Shown here: positions 45,158 through 56,213 of the stretch, one piece after another
How positions within the stretch are numbered: the first letter of the stretch is position 1
Layout of the letters: every line of letters begins with the position of its first letter
Assembly (NCBI GenBank): GCA_963663765.2
Contig: CAXXUA010000005.1
Span: 1,056,001 to 1,120,000, forward strand
Direction of reading: 5' to 3'
Length of the DNA stretch: 64,000 nt
Source of the DNA: Candidatus Poribacteria bacterium
Lineage (GTDB): Bacteria > Poribacteria > WGA-4E > WGA-3G
Program-made: the position numbers and the translations under genes
The notes under the pieces: model-generated
The model's database searches: none
What the model saw: the letters and a program-made list of their open reading frames with translations, nothing else
Told to the model about the DNA's origin: nothing

Positions 45158-46038
45158 TAGTTTGGACAGTTTTCGTGTTTTCGTTTGTAAATGTTTTTTA
45201 CACCTTTCGCACCGCAGGTGCTGCCAATATTGACAAAAGAATTCTTTTTCTATGAGTTTCAGACAGTGTTGTAACTCAACGAAAATATATCAGAGATCAA
45301 AGTGGCAGTCCCAGAGGGATGGAATGTGTATAGATCATTACCAGTCCCACTCCAAGCCTCAGAGGGTCGAAATGTGTTTTAGCACGAGATTCAAAATGAA
45401 AATGAAAAGCATCGCGCCTAAAAAAACTGTCCAAACTCACGATAGAAAAGATATTTGAATACCGTTCACAAACACTGCAGGAATTGCTGAACTAAACCAG
45501 TAGCGTAATCAGAATCAAATACACAAATTTGTCCAATCTTATCTGCCATCTCCAAACAATTTCAGCATATTTCACGATTTTTTGTCTAAATTCCACAAAA
45601 TATTCTATTTTTCTCAAAATTAACTTGATTTTTTTTGCATAAGATAATATAATCATATAAAGTCAGATTTATATTATAAACTATGCAATAATATACTTAA
45701 TGATATTATATGGTTATGATTAGGTGGCATTGTAATCCATCAAAAACAAAGATTTGCAGTCAGTCAGTTAATATATTCTTAATGTTATATAGATTATCTA
45801 TGTGTTGCATGATTTCTAACTTAAGATTTACATTGTTGACAATTTTTGGTTAAGGAAATTTATTTACAGAGAAAATCAACTATCATCAACTAAAGAAACA
45901 TCACTATTGTCTTTGCGAGTGTTACTGTCTTGTTTGGTATTCAAGTGAATGGGCACAAGACAGAATCCCCCTAATCATCCAGTAAATTATTAGAGATTAC
46001 ATCCCATATATGGATACAACAAATAAAGGAGAACGGAT

Positions 46039-46632
46039 ATGATGACATAGATAAGAGACTTTTGGCGCTCCTTTGTACTCGGTGTATTCGGTGGACTCGT
46101 GTTGCTCTACATCGGACTCTTTATTTATAATGGACTGACCCAGAGCAAAACACCAGAAGTACTAGATGACGGCACCCACAACACCACAAAACCACCTCCA
46201 CCCGGTGCAGCACCTGGCGGACACTGGCACGGAGACGAATGGCACGATACACCTCACGACACAACGCCAAAAATCAAACGCGCGCGTACCAAGACAAATA
46301 CCCGCCAAAACCTTGTGTTGAAGAACAGTGGTCCTCCGCTTCCCATCACTTGTGCCATTTTACCACACCCCACACCCCTGCCAACACATCTTCAGGCACG
46401 TCTCAACCGGATATATCAGGAAATGATTATCGCAGGTACCCGGTATGAGGTGGTGGGTGGCGAAAACGTTATCACAGTGGAAGCCTATGAAAGAGAATAT
46501 GAGGTTCTCGTTGGCGATATGTTACCAGAGGACGCTGTAGTCTTCCTTGAAACACACGGAATCTATAATCCTCTCATTTTAGACAAGAAAGGGAAAATGC
46601 GTCTGTCCTGTCTTTATCTGTCTTGTCTTTAA
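46039..46632 (+). pseudogene. Membrane-anchored 'GHWHGDEWH' motif protein, nonsense codon at codon 4, probably 3'-truncated
   Basis: AAAGGAG RBS, then ATG ATG ACA TAG ATA... in frame with ORF 46099-46632 through a hydrophobic anchor; PPPPG...GGHWHGDEWHD motif. Confidence 0.65.
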
Positions 46633-46647
46633 AAGGAGAACACTATA

Positions 46648-48580
46648 ATGAAATCCAAATTATTTTTAATTTTAGTCGTTTTGTTTACGATGCTTACATT
46701 TATACCCAACACCTTTGCCCAAAATTCACCACACTGGCATCTACCCGAAGGAGCCGTCCTGCGGCTTGGTAAAAGCGTAATTTACAATATTGAATATTCT
46801 CCGGATGGCACGCGTTTTGCGGTGTCTAGTGCTCTCGGCATTTGGCTCTACGACGCACAAACGGGTGAGGAACTTGACCTACTCACAGGACAAAAGGGCA
46901 TCATCTTGTGGGATGATGCGGACACAGGACAACACCTTCGCCCCGCCACACACATTCTGGAGATCGCAGAGCCTGGAAGGGACACTACTGTCGCGTTAAG
47001 TCCGGATGGAAAAACAATCGCAAGTAGCAGTGAAGATGATTTGGAAAATGGTAGATACACTATCCATCTGTGGGATGTGGACACAGGAAAACTCATCCGC
47101 ACCATTAGACAGGATCAGGACACGGGTCGCCCACTACCTATTCGATTCCTAGAATTTAGCCCGGATGGCAAAAAACTCGCAAGCTTCTATCACTGGCACA
47201 GCATCTTCATGGGGTACATTCTGTGGGACGTGGACACAGGCAAAAGAACAATTCTCAGGGCACCGCATAGTATAACGCATGTGATATATGGGAGTGTAAC
47301 ATTCAGTCCAGATAGCAAAACAGTCGCAAGCGAGTATCCATATTCGGACATCTATATCTGGGATACGAACACAGGAAAAATTCTCCACACGCTCACAGGG
47401 CGTACGGGTAGTACGGTCGATAGCGTCGAATTTAGCCCGGATGGCAAAAAAATCGCAAGCGGCGATTCCGATGGCACCCTCAAATTTTGGGACGCAGAAA
47501 CGGGCGAACATATCCGCACAATCAGAGGGCATAGGAGAGATGTCAATAGCGTTGCGTTCAGCCCAGATGGAAAAAAAATCGCAAGCAGCAGTAATGACGG
47601 CACCCTCAAATTTTGGGACGCAGAAACGGGAGAACATATCCGCACAATCAGAGGGCATACAATTTTTATTGAGAGTATCGCATTCAGTCCGGATGGAAAA
47701 AAAATCGCAAGCGGCGGTTACGACGAAAACATCAGCTTGTGGGACGCAGACACAGGAGAACTGCTCCACACCCTCACTGGGCATACGGGTTCCGTCGATA
47801 GCGTTGCGTTCAGCCCAGATGGAAAAAAAATCGCAAGCGGCAGTGGGGACGACACCATCCGCTTGTGGAACGCACACACGGGCGAACATCTCCGCACAAT
47901 CAGAGGGTATACGAGATATGTCAATAGCGTTGCGTTCAGCCCAGATGGAAAAAAAATCGCAAGCGGCAGTGGGGACGATACCATCCGCTTGTGGAACGCA
48001 GACACGGGCGAGCAGCTCCGCACACTCATTGGACATACGAGTTCTGTCTATAGCGTTGCGTTCAGCCCAGATGGAAAAAAAAATCGCAAGCGGCAGTCGG
48101 GACGATACCATCCGCTTGTGGAACGCAGACACGGGCGAGCAGCTCCACACCCTCACTGGGTATACGAATGATGTCTATAGCGTTGCGTTCAGCCCAGATG
48201 GAAAAAAAATCGCAAGTGGCAGTGGGGACATCCGTTTGCGGGACGGTACCGTCCGCTTGTGGGACGCAGACACAGGACAACATCTCCGCACAATCACGGG
48301 GCATACGGATAATGTCAATAGCGTTGCGTTCAGCCCAGATGGAGAAAAAATCGCAAGCGGAAGTTGGGATGGCACGGTGCTTTTGTGGGATATTACACCT
48401 TTACCACTGACTGAAGATGTAAACATGGACGGTGTTGTCAATATTCAGGATTTGGTGATTGTGGCAAATGCGTTTGGCGAAGCGGCACCGGATCTCAACG
48501 GTGATGGGATTGTAAATATTCAGGACTTGGTCATTGTTGCACAAGCATTTGGGAATACGGTTGCTGCCACTGAAGAATAG
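46648..48580 (+). pseudogene. Secreted WD40 + dockerin protein, array gene 1, +1 frameshift in an A9 tract
   Basis: ORFs 46648-48171 and 47441-48580 join at GGAAAAAAAAATC (A9, 48075-48083), where sibling repeats have A8; otherwise near-identical to gene 4. Confidence 0.85.
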
Positions 48581-48660
48581 AAGCTAAATATATAATCAGT
48601 CCCTACAACAGCACCGTGTAGGTAAGGTAGTGCTTGCGTAACCTATAAACGTAAATTTAT

Positions 48661-48772
48661 TAGAGCGTATCTCATAAATCCAATTATTGGATTGTCCTCT
48701 ATCGTTAATATTGTAAGGGCGGGGTTTCCCCGCCCGTTGTATCTAAAATATTTATTTATGAGATAGGGTCTA
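48661..48772. mobile_element. MITE (TAGAGCGTATCTCATAAAT ends) with GGGCGGGGTTTCCCCGCCC hairpin; second copy 51045-51203 with the hairpin duplicated
   Basis: Imperfect TIR TAGAGCGTATCTCATAAAT / ATTTATGAGATAGGGTCTA. Confidence 0.65.
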
Positions 48773-48804
48773 CTACGTTCAAATAAGCAAAGGAAACCAC
48801 TCTT

Positions 48805-50964
48805 ATGAAACCCAAATTATTTTTGATTTTAGTCGTTTTGTTTACGATGCTTACATTTATACCCAACACCTTTGCCCAAAGTTCACCACACTGGCATCTA
48901 CCCGAAGGATCCGTCCTGCGGCTTGGTAAAGGCAGAGTAACGGATATAGCATATTCTCCGGATGGCACGCGTTTGGCAGTGGCAAGTCCTGTCGGAATTT
49001 GGATTTACGACGCAGAAACTGATGAAGAACTTGACCTACTCAGAGGAGAAACAGAACCATTCTACTATTCATCCGTTGCGTTCAGCCCGGATGGGACGAA
49101 AATTGTAGGCGGAGGTTCGAGGTCTAACATTGATATGTGGGATGCAGACACAGGAAAACTCATCCGCACTATCACACACTTTCCGAATCCCACAGCACCT
49201 GGAAGTACGATACTTAGCGTTGCGTTCAGTCCGGATGGCAAAAAAATCGTAAGTTGTAGTAAGACGCCGTTGTATTTAGCATTTAATGAAAGACGCGCAT
49301 ACGCTATCCGTCTGTGGGATGCAGACACAGGAAAACTCATCCGCACCTTTGGGCAGCATCAGTATAATGTCTCATACATCGCGTTCAGCCCGGACGGAAA
49401 AACAATCCTCAGTGGCGCTACTGGATTTCTTGAGCAAGACATCATCGTTCTATGGGATGTGGACACAGGCACACAACTCTTCACAATCTCAACGTATGAT
49501 GCTGCCTTCCCTGTGTCTGATTTGAGCCCTCGTGTAAAATTCAGTTCGGATGGCAAAAAAATCGCAAGTGGGGATATTAACGTTTATATATGGGATGTAA
49601 ACACAAGACAACGCCGCATGCTATCAGGACATACGAAATATGTGAGGAGTCTCGCGTTCAGCCCAGATAACAACATCATCTCAAGTGGCAATGACGATGG
49701 TACCATCCGCTTGTGGGACACAGACACGGGAGAACCTCTCCGCACTCTCATTGGACATTTAGGGACTGTTTCGGGAATCGTGTTCAGCCCGGATGGAAAA
49801 ATAATCATAAGCCGCAGTTATGACGGCACCCTTAGATTCTGGGATGTGGACACGGGACAACAGATCCGGATGATCACAGACCATGCAAATTCTATCAAGA
49901 GTATCGCATTCAGCCCAGATGGAAAAAAAATCGCAAGTGGAGGTCATGATAGGTCCATCCGTCTGTGGGATACAGACACAGGAAAACTTATCCGTATGCT
50001 CACTGGGCATGCAAGTGGTGTCCTCACCGTTGTGTTCAGCCCAGATGGAAAAAAAATCGCAAGCGGCAGTTTTGATAACACCCTACGCTTGTGGGACGCA
50101 GAAACGGGACAACATCTTCGTACGTTCACAGAGCATGTAGGTGATATCGATAGTGTTGCGTTCAACCCAGATGGAAAAATAATCGCAAGTGGCAGCAGTT
50201 CCGGCACCTTCCGCTTGTGGGAAACAGAAACGGGACAACACATCCGCACTCTAACAGGAAATACGGGAGGACATACGGGGCGTATCTATAGTGTTGCGTT
50301 CAACCCAGATGGAAAAATAATCGCAAGTGGGGTAAGTGTTCCGGATTTCTCCATTCGCTTGTGGGTAGCAGAAACAGGAAAACACATCCACACCCTCACA
50401 GGGCATACTAGTACTGTCAGAAGCGTTGCGTTCAGCCCGGATGGAAAAAAAATCCTAAGTGGTAGTTGGGACAGAACGCTTCGTTTGTGGGACGCAGAAA
50501 CGACAGAACATCTCCGCACTCTAACAGGACATACGGGGCCTGTCTATAGTGTTGCGTTCAACCCAGATGGAAAAACAATCGCAAGTGGCAGCAGCGACGG
50601 CACCCTCCGCTTATGGGATACAGAAACGGGACAACATCTTCGTACGTTCACAGGGCATGCAGGTGATAGCGATGGCTTAACGCACATCGGCGTTGATATC
50701 TATAACGTTGCGTTCAGCCCAGATGGAGAAAAAATCGCAAGTGGCAGGGGTGATGGCACGGTGCTTTTGTGGGACTTTGCCTCTTTACCCCTGACTGAAG
50801 ATGTAAACATGGACGGTGTTGTCAATATTCAGGATTTGGTGATTGTGGCAAATGCGTTTGGCGAAGCGGCACCGGATCTCAACGGTGATGGGATTGTAAA
50901 TATTCAGGACTTGGTCATTGTTGCACAAGCATTTGGGAATACGGTTGCTGCCACTGAAGAATAG
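48805..50964 (+). CDS. Secreted WD40 + dockerin protein, array gene 2
   Basis: Signal peptide; WHLPEG..LRLGKG N-cap; WD40 repeats; EDVNMDGVVNIQDL..DLNGDGIVNIQDL dockerin. Confidence 0.9.
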   Translation: MKPKLFLILVVLFTMLTFIPNTFAQSSPHWHLPEGSVLRLGKGRVTDIAYSPDGTRLAVASPVGIWIYDAETDEELDLLRGETEPFYYSSVAFSPDGTKIVGGGSRSNIDMWDADTGKLIRTITHFPNPTAPGSTILSVAFSPDGKKIVSCSKTPLYLAFNERRAYAIRLWDADTGKLIRTFGQHQYNVSYIAFSPDGKTILSGATGFLEQDIIVLWDVDTGTQLFTISTYDAAFPVSDLSPRVKFSSDGKKIASGDINVYIWDVNTRQRRMLSGHTKYVRSLAFSPDNNIISSGNDDGTIRLWDTDTGEPLRTLIGHLGTVSGIVFSPDGKIIISRSYDGTLRFWDVDTGQQIRMITDHANSIKSIAFSPDGKKIASGGHDRSIRLWDTDTGKLIRMLTGHASGVLTVVFSPDGKKIASGSFDNTLRLWDAETGQHLRTFTEHVGDIDSVAFNPDGKIIASGSSSGTFRLWETETGQHIRTLTGNTGGHTGRIYSVAFNPDGKIIASGVSVPDFSIRLWVAETGKHIHTLTGHTSTVRSVAFSPDGKKILSGSWDRTLRLWDAETTEHLRTLTGHTGPVYSVAFNPDGKTIASGSSDGTLRLWDTETGQHLRTFTGHAGDSDGLTHIGVDIYNVAFSPDGEKIASGRGDGTVLLWDFASLPLTEDVNMDGVVNIQDLVIVANAFGEAAPDLNGDGIVNIQDLVIVAQAFGNTVAATEE

Positions 50965-51235
50965 AAGCTAAATATATAATCAGTCCCTACAACAGCACCG
51001 TGTAGGTAAGGTAGTGCTTGCGTAACCTATAAACGTAAATTTATTAGAGCGTATCTCATAAATCCAATTGTTGGATTGTCCTCTATCGTTATTATCGTAG
51101 GGGCGGGGTTTCCCCGCCCGTTGTATCTAAAATATTTATTATCGTAGGGGCGGGGTTTCCCCGCCCGTTGTATCTAAAATATTTATTTATTAGATAGGGG
51201 CTACTACGTTCAAATAAGCAAAGGAGACCACTCTA

Positions 51236-53323
51236 ATGAAAATTTATTCATTTTTGTTTATAATCATTCTGGTTGTGTCACTTGCATTAACACTAAATTC
51301 CTATTCCCAAAGTTCATCGAACTGGCATCTACCCGAAGGAGCCGTCCTGCGGCTTGGTAAAGGCAGAGTAACGGATATAGCATATTCTCCGGATGGCACG
51401 CTTTTGGCAGTGGCAAGTCCTGTCGGAATTTGGATCTATGACGCAGAAACTGATGAAGAACTTGACCTGCTCATAGGACAAACAGGAACATCCTACTATT
51501 CATGCGTTACGTTCAGCCCGGATGGAACGAAAATTGTAGGCGGAGGCACGAGGTCTATCGATATGTGGAACACAGACACAAAACAACACATCCGCACCAT
51601 CTCACACATTCCGAATCTCACGGAGCCTGGGGGCACGGTATATAGCGTTGCATTCAGTCCGGATGGCAAAATCATTGCAAGTTCAGGGTTGCACGGCGAT
51701 CCAAGTAGATACGGACTCGCACACGCTATCCGTCTGTGGGATGTGGACACAGGACAACTCATCCGTACACTCATTGGGGTGCGTCTGAATTATCTCACAA
51801 TCTTAGACCTTGTATTCAGTCCGGACGGCAAAAAAATCGCAGGTCGCACTGGAAGAACCGACACTCCGCACGTCATTCTGTGGGATTTGGACACAGGCAC
51901 AGAAACCTATCTGTATTGGCAGTCCTTCTTTGTAGCATTCAGTCCAGATGGAAAAAAAATCGCAGGTGGCTATGGGCCCATTTTTATATGGAATATGGAC
52001 ACAGCACAACGCCGCTTGCTCTCAGGGAATTACGGTATGATCAATAGCGTAGCGTTTAGTCCGGATGGAAAAATAATCGCAGGTGCCAGTTATGATAAAA
52101 CCATCCGGTTGTGGGACGCAGATACGGAAGAACACATCCGCACCCTCACAGGACATAGGAGTTCTGTCCGTAGCGTTGCGTTCAGCCCAGATGGAAAAAA
52201 AATCGTGACCCACAGTTTATACGGCGAAATCAAGTTTTGGAATGTGAACACGGGACAACTTCTCCGGACAATTGCTGGCCATTCACCTATTATTCAGAGT
52301 ATCGCATTCAGCCTAGATGGTAATGTCATCGCAAGTGGCGGTGGCGACGAAACTATTCGCTTGTGGAAGACAGAAACAGGAGAACACATCCACACCCTAA
52401 CAGGACATACGGCGGGTGTCACCAGCGTCGCGTTCAGTCCAGATGAGAAAATAATCGCAAGCGGCAGTTATGATAACACCATCCGTTTGTGGGACGCAGA
52501 CACAGGAGAACACCTCCACACCCTCACTGGGCATACAAATGATGTTTATAGCGTTGCGTTCAGCCCAGATGGAAAAAAAATCGCAAGCGGCGGTTGGGAC
52601 AAAAACATCAGCTTGTGGAACGCAGACACGGGCGAGCAGCTCCGCACACTCACTGGGCATACGAGTTCTGTCTATAGCGTTGCGTTCAGCCCAGATGGAA
52701 AAAAAATCGTAAGTGGGGAAAGCTTTCCGGATTACACCATTCGCTTGTGGGACGCAGAAACGGGAGAACCACTTCGCACTTCCCTCACGGGGCATAGGAG
52801 TACTGTCTATAGTGTTGCGTTCAACCCAGATGGAAAAAAAATCGTAAGTAGTAGTCGGGACAAGACTATCTGCTTGTGGGACGCAGAAACGATAGAACAT
52901 CTCCGCACTCTAAAAGGACATACGAGGCCTGTCTATAGTGTTGCGTTCAACCCAGATGGAAAAAAAATCGTAAGTGGCAGCTGGGACGGCACCGTTCGAG
53001 TGTGGGATACAGTAACGGGACAACAGCTCCGCATGTTCACGGGGCATAGGAGTTATGTGGAAAGTGTTGCGTTCAGCCCAGATGGAGAAAAAATCGCAAG
53101 TGGCAGCGGTGATGGCACGGTGCTATTGTGGGATTTTGCCTCTTTACCCCTGACTGAAGATGTCAATTCAGATGGTGTAGTGAATATTTTGGATTTGGTT
53201 GCTGTTGCGAACGCTTTTGGAGAAGCGGCACCGGATCTCAACGGCGATGGGATTGTCAACATTTTAGACTTGGTGATTGTTGCACAAGCATTTGGGAATA
53301 CGGTTGCTGTCACTGATGAATAG
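51236..53323 (+). CDS. Secreted WD40 + dockerin protein, array gene 3
   Basis: Same architecture as gene 2; AAGGAG RBS. Confidence 0.9.
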   Translation: MKIYSFLFIIILVVSLALTLNSYSQSSSNWHLPEGAVLRLGKGRVTDIAYSPDGTLLAVASPVGIWIYDAETDEELDLLIGQTGTSYYSCVTFSPDGTKIVGGGTRSIDMWNTDTKQHIRTISHIPNLTEPGGTVYSVAFSPDGKIIASSGLHGDPSRYGLAHAIRLWDVDTGQLIRTLIGVRLNYLTILDLVFSPDGKKIAGRTGRTDTPHVILWDLDTGTETYLYWQSFFVAFSPDGKKIAGGYGPIFIWNMDTAQRRLLSGNYGMINSVAFSPDGKIIAGASYDKTIRLWDADTEEHIRTLTGHRSSVRSVAFSPDGKKIVTHSLYGEIKFWNVNTGQLLRTIAGHSPIIQSIAFSLDGNVIASGGGDETIRLWKTETGEHIHTLTGHTAGVTSVAFSPDEKIIASGSYDNTIRLWDADTGEHLHTLTGHTNDVYSVAFSPDGKKIASGGWDKNISLWNADTGEQLRTLTGHTSSVYSVAFSPDGKKIVSGESFPDYTIRLWDAETGEPLRTSLTGHRSTVYSVAFNPDGKKIVSSSRDKTICLWDAETIEHLRTLKGHTRPVYSVAFNPDGKKIVSGSWDGTVRVWDTVTGQQLRMFTGHRSYVESVAFSPDGEKIASGSGDGTVLLWDFASLPLTEDVNSDGVVNILDLVAVANAFGEAAPDLNGDGIVNILDLVIVAQAFGNTVAVTDE

Positions 53324-53576
53324 CACGTTTGATGCCACACGAAAAGTTAGTGTGGTTTCCCGACAAATACCATACACGGATTTAGCGGGAAACCGCACTT
53401 GATGTGTCATTTAACGTGCAGGATATTTGTGACACATTCTTTAGATTGTTTGGATAGATAACATCAAAAACACAAACTACGTGATTCGCATGTACCGTGT
53501 CATCCGCGCATCAATCAATACGAGATGTGTAATGCAATTTCTTTGCTTACTATTATTCAAAAGGAGAAAATGCACC

Positions 53577-55640
53577 ATGAACACTAAATCATTATTGATA
53601 TTAACTATTTTATTTACATTACTTCTCTTTACATTCACCGCAGACACCTTTGCCCAAAATTCACCACACTGGCATCTACCCGAAGGAGCCGTCCTGCGGC
53701 TTGGTAAAAGCGTAATTTACAATATTGAATATTCTCCGGATGGCACGCGTTTTGCGGTGTCTAGTGCTCTCGGCATTTGGCTCTACGACGCACAAACGGG
53801 TGAGGAACTTGACCTACTCACAGGGCAAAAGGGCATCATCTTGTGGGATGATGCGGACACAGGACAACACCTGCGCCCCGCCACACACATTCTGGAGATC
53901 GCAGAGCCTGGAAGGGGCACTACTGTCGCGTTAAGTCCGGATGGAAAAACAATCGCAAGTAGCAGTGAAGATGATTTGGAAAATGGTAGATACACTATCC
54001 ATCTGTGGGATGTGGACACAGGAAAACTCATCCGCACCATTAGACAGGATCAGGACACGGGTCGCCCACTACCTATTCGATTCCTAGAATTTAGCCCGGA
54101 TGGCAAAAAACTCGCAAGCTTCTATCACTGGCACAGCATCTTCATGGGGTACATTCTGTGGGACGTGGACACAGGCAAAAGAACAATTCTCAGGGCACCG
54201 CATAGTATAACGCATGTGATATATGGGAGTGTAACATTCAGTCCAGATAGCAAAACAGTCGCAAGCGAGTATCCATATTCGGACATCTATATCTGGGATA
54301 CGAACACAGGAAAAATTCTCCACACGCTCACAGGGCGTACGGGTAGTACGGTCGATAGCGTCGAATTTAGCCCGGACGGCAAAAAAATCGCAAGCGGCGA
54401 TTCCGATGGCACCCTCAAATTTTGGGACGCAGACACGGGCGAACATATCCGCACAATCAGAGGGCATAGGAGAGATGTCAATAGCGTTGCGTTCAGCCCA
54501 GATGGAAAAAAAATCGCAAGCAGCAGTAATGACGGCACCCTCAAATTTTGGGACGCAGAAACGGGAGAACATATCCGCACAATCAGAGGGCATACAATTT
54601 TTATTGAGAGTATCGCATTCAGTCCGGATGGAAAAAAAATCGCAAGCGGCGGTTACGACGAAAACATCAGCTTGTGGGACGCAGACACAGGAGAACTGCT
54701 CCACACCCTCACTGGGCATACGGGTTCCGTCGATAGCGTTGCGTTCAGCCCAGATGGAAAAAAAATCGCAAGCGGCGGTAGGGACGACACCATCCGCTTG
54801 TGGAACGCACACACGGGCGAACATCTCCGCACAATCAGAGGGTATACGAGATATGTCAATAGCGTTGCGTTCAGCCCAGATGGAAAAAAAATCGCAAGCG
54901 GCAGTGGGGACGATACCATCCGCTTGTGGAACGCAGACACGGGCGAGCAGCTCCGCACACTCACTGGGCATACGGGTTCTGTCTATAGCGTTGCGTTCAG
55001 CCCAGATGGAAAAAAAATCGCAAGCGGCAGTGGGGGCGATACCATCCGCTTGTGGAACGCAGACACGGGCGAGCAGCTCCGCACACTCATTGGACATACG
55101 AGTTCTGTCTATAGCGTTGCGTTCAGCCCAGATGGAAAAAAAATCGCAAGCGGCAGTCGGGACGATACCATCCGCTTGTGGAACGCAGACACGGGCGAGC
55201 AGCTCCACACCCTCACTGGGTATACGAATGATGTCTATAGCGTTGCGTTCAGCCCAGATGGAAAAAAAATCGCAAGTGGCAGTGGAGACATCCGTTTGCG
55301 GGACGGTACCGTCCGCTTGTGGGACGCAGACACAGGACAACATCTCCGCACAATCACGGGGCATACGGATAATGTCAATAGCGTTGCGTTCAGCCCAGAT
55401 GGAGAAAAAATCGCAAGCGGAAGTTGGGATGGCACGGTGCTTTTGTGGGATATTACACCTTTACCACTGACTGAAGATGTAAACATGGACGGTGTTGTCA
55501 ATATTCAGGATTTGTTGATTGTGGCAAATGCGTTTGGCGAAGCGGCACCGGATCTCAACGGCGATGGGATTGTCAACATTTTAGACTTGATGATTGTTGC
55601 ACAAGCATTTGGGAATACGGTTGTTGTAACTGATGAATAG
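53577..55640 (+). CDS. Secreted WD40 + dockerin protein, array gene 4
   Basis: Start moved to ATG 53577 (AAGGAG RBS, signal peptide); near-identical to gene 1 plus one extra 42-aa repeat. Confidence 0.9.
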   Translation: MNTKSLLILTILFTLLLFTFTADTFAQNSPHWHLPEGAVLRLGKSVIYNIEYSPDGTRFAVSSALGIWLYDAQTGEELDLLTGQKGIILWDDADTGQHLRPATHILEIAEPGRGTTVALSPDGKTIASSSEDDLENGRYTIHLWDVDTGKLIRTIRQDQDTGRPLPIRFLEFSPDGKKLASFYHWHSIFMGYILWDVDTGKRTILRAPHSITHVIYGSVTFSPDSKTVASEYPYSDIYIWDTNTGKILHTLTGRTGSTVDSVEFSPDGKKIASGDSDGTLKFWDADTGEHIRTIRGHRRDVNSVAFSPDGKKIASSSNDGTLKFWDAETGEHIRTIRGHTIFIESIAFSPDGKKIASGGYDENISLWDADTGELLHTLTGHTGSVDSVAFSPDGKKIASGGRDDTIRLWNAHTGEHLRTIRGYTRYVNSVAFSPDGKKIASGSGDDTIRLWNADTGEQLRTLTGHTGSVYSVAFSPDGKKIASGSGGDTIRLWNADTGEQLRTLIGHTSSVYSVAFSPDGKKIASGSRDDTIRLWNADTGEQLHTLTGYTNDVYSVAFSPDGKKIASGSGDIRLRDGTVRLWDADTGQHLRTITGHTDNVNSVAFSPDGEKIASGSWDGTVLLWDITPLPLTEDVNMDGVVNIQDLLIVANAFGEAAPDLNGDGIVNILDLMIVAQAFGNTVVVTDE

Positions 55641-55886
55641 CACGTTTGATGCCACACGAAAAGTTAGTGTGGTTTCCCGACAAATACCATACACGGATTT
55701 AGCGGGAAACCGCACTTGATGTGTTATTTAACGTGCAGGTTATTTGTGACACATTCTTTAGATTGTTTGGATAGAAAACATCAAAAACACAAACTACGTG
55801 ATCCGCATGTACCGTGTCATCCGCGCATCAATCAACACGAGATGTGTAATGAAATTTCTTTGCTTACTATTACTATACTATAGTTT

Positions 55887-56213
55887 CCTTGTTTTCGTCC
55901 AAACATTTCGGGATCCAGTTGATCAATGAGAGGTTATCAATCCCAGTCCCTATTTGATTTCAAAAGGGATCGAAAGGTCTCAAGTTACGATACCCTACCT
56001 TTGAAACCCTCATCATAACTGGACACCAACATTTTCAAGGCATCTTTGTTGTCGGAAAAAGCGATAAAAATCGTAGTTTTTGTTTCCTTTTTCTTTGAAA
56101 GGTCCGTCCAAGTTCTGTGCTACCTTTTGAGGTGTTATTTTCTCAATGCGGGTATGGGTTTGTGTGCGCTCATAGTTGGTATGATTTTCTACATTCATTG
56201 GACAAAAACAAGG
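55887..56213. mobile_element. MITE family B, copy 2, inserted in the left TIR of a family-A element (55878-56662)
   Basis: Same TIRs and TAGTTT TSD (55881-55886, 56214-56219); host right end TGTCCAAACTATAG ends at 56662. Confidence 0.85.

Noticed and set aside
47149-55470. Long antisense and alternative-frame ORFs over the WD40 genes (e.g. 54084-55364 minus, 54406-55470 plus)
   Set aside because: Shadows of repetitive codon patterns, with no RBS or independent domain content.
46648-55640. Diversity-generating retroelement explanation for the near-identical gene pair
   Set aside because: No reverse transcriptase in the window, and the differences are not adenine-specific template/variable repeat patterns.
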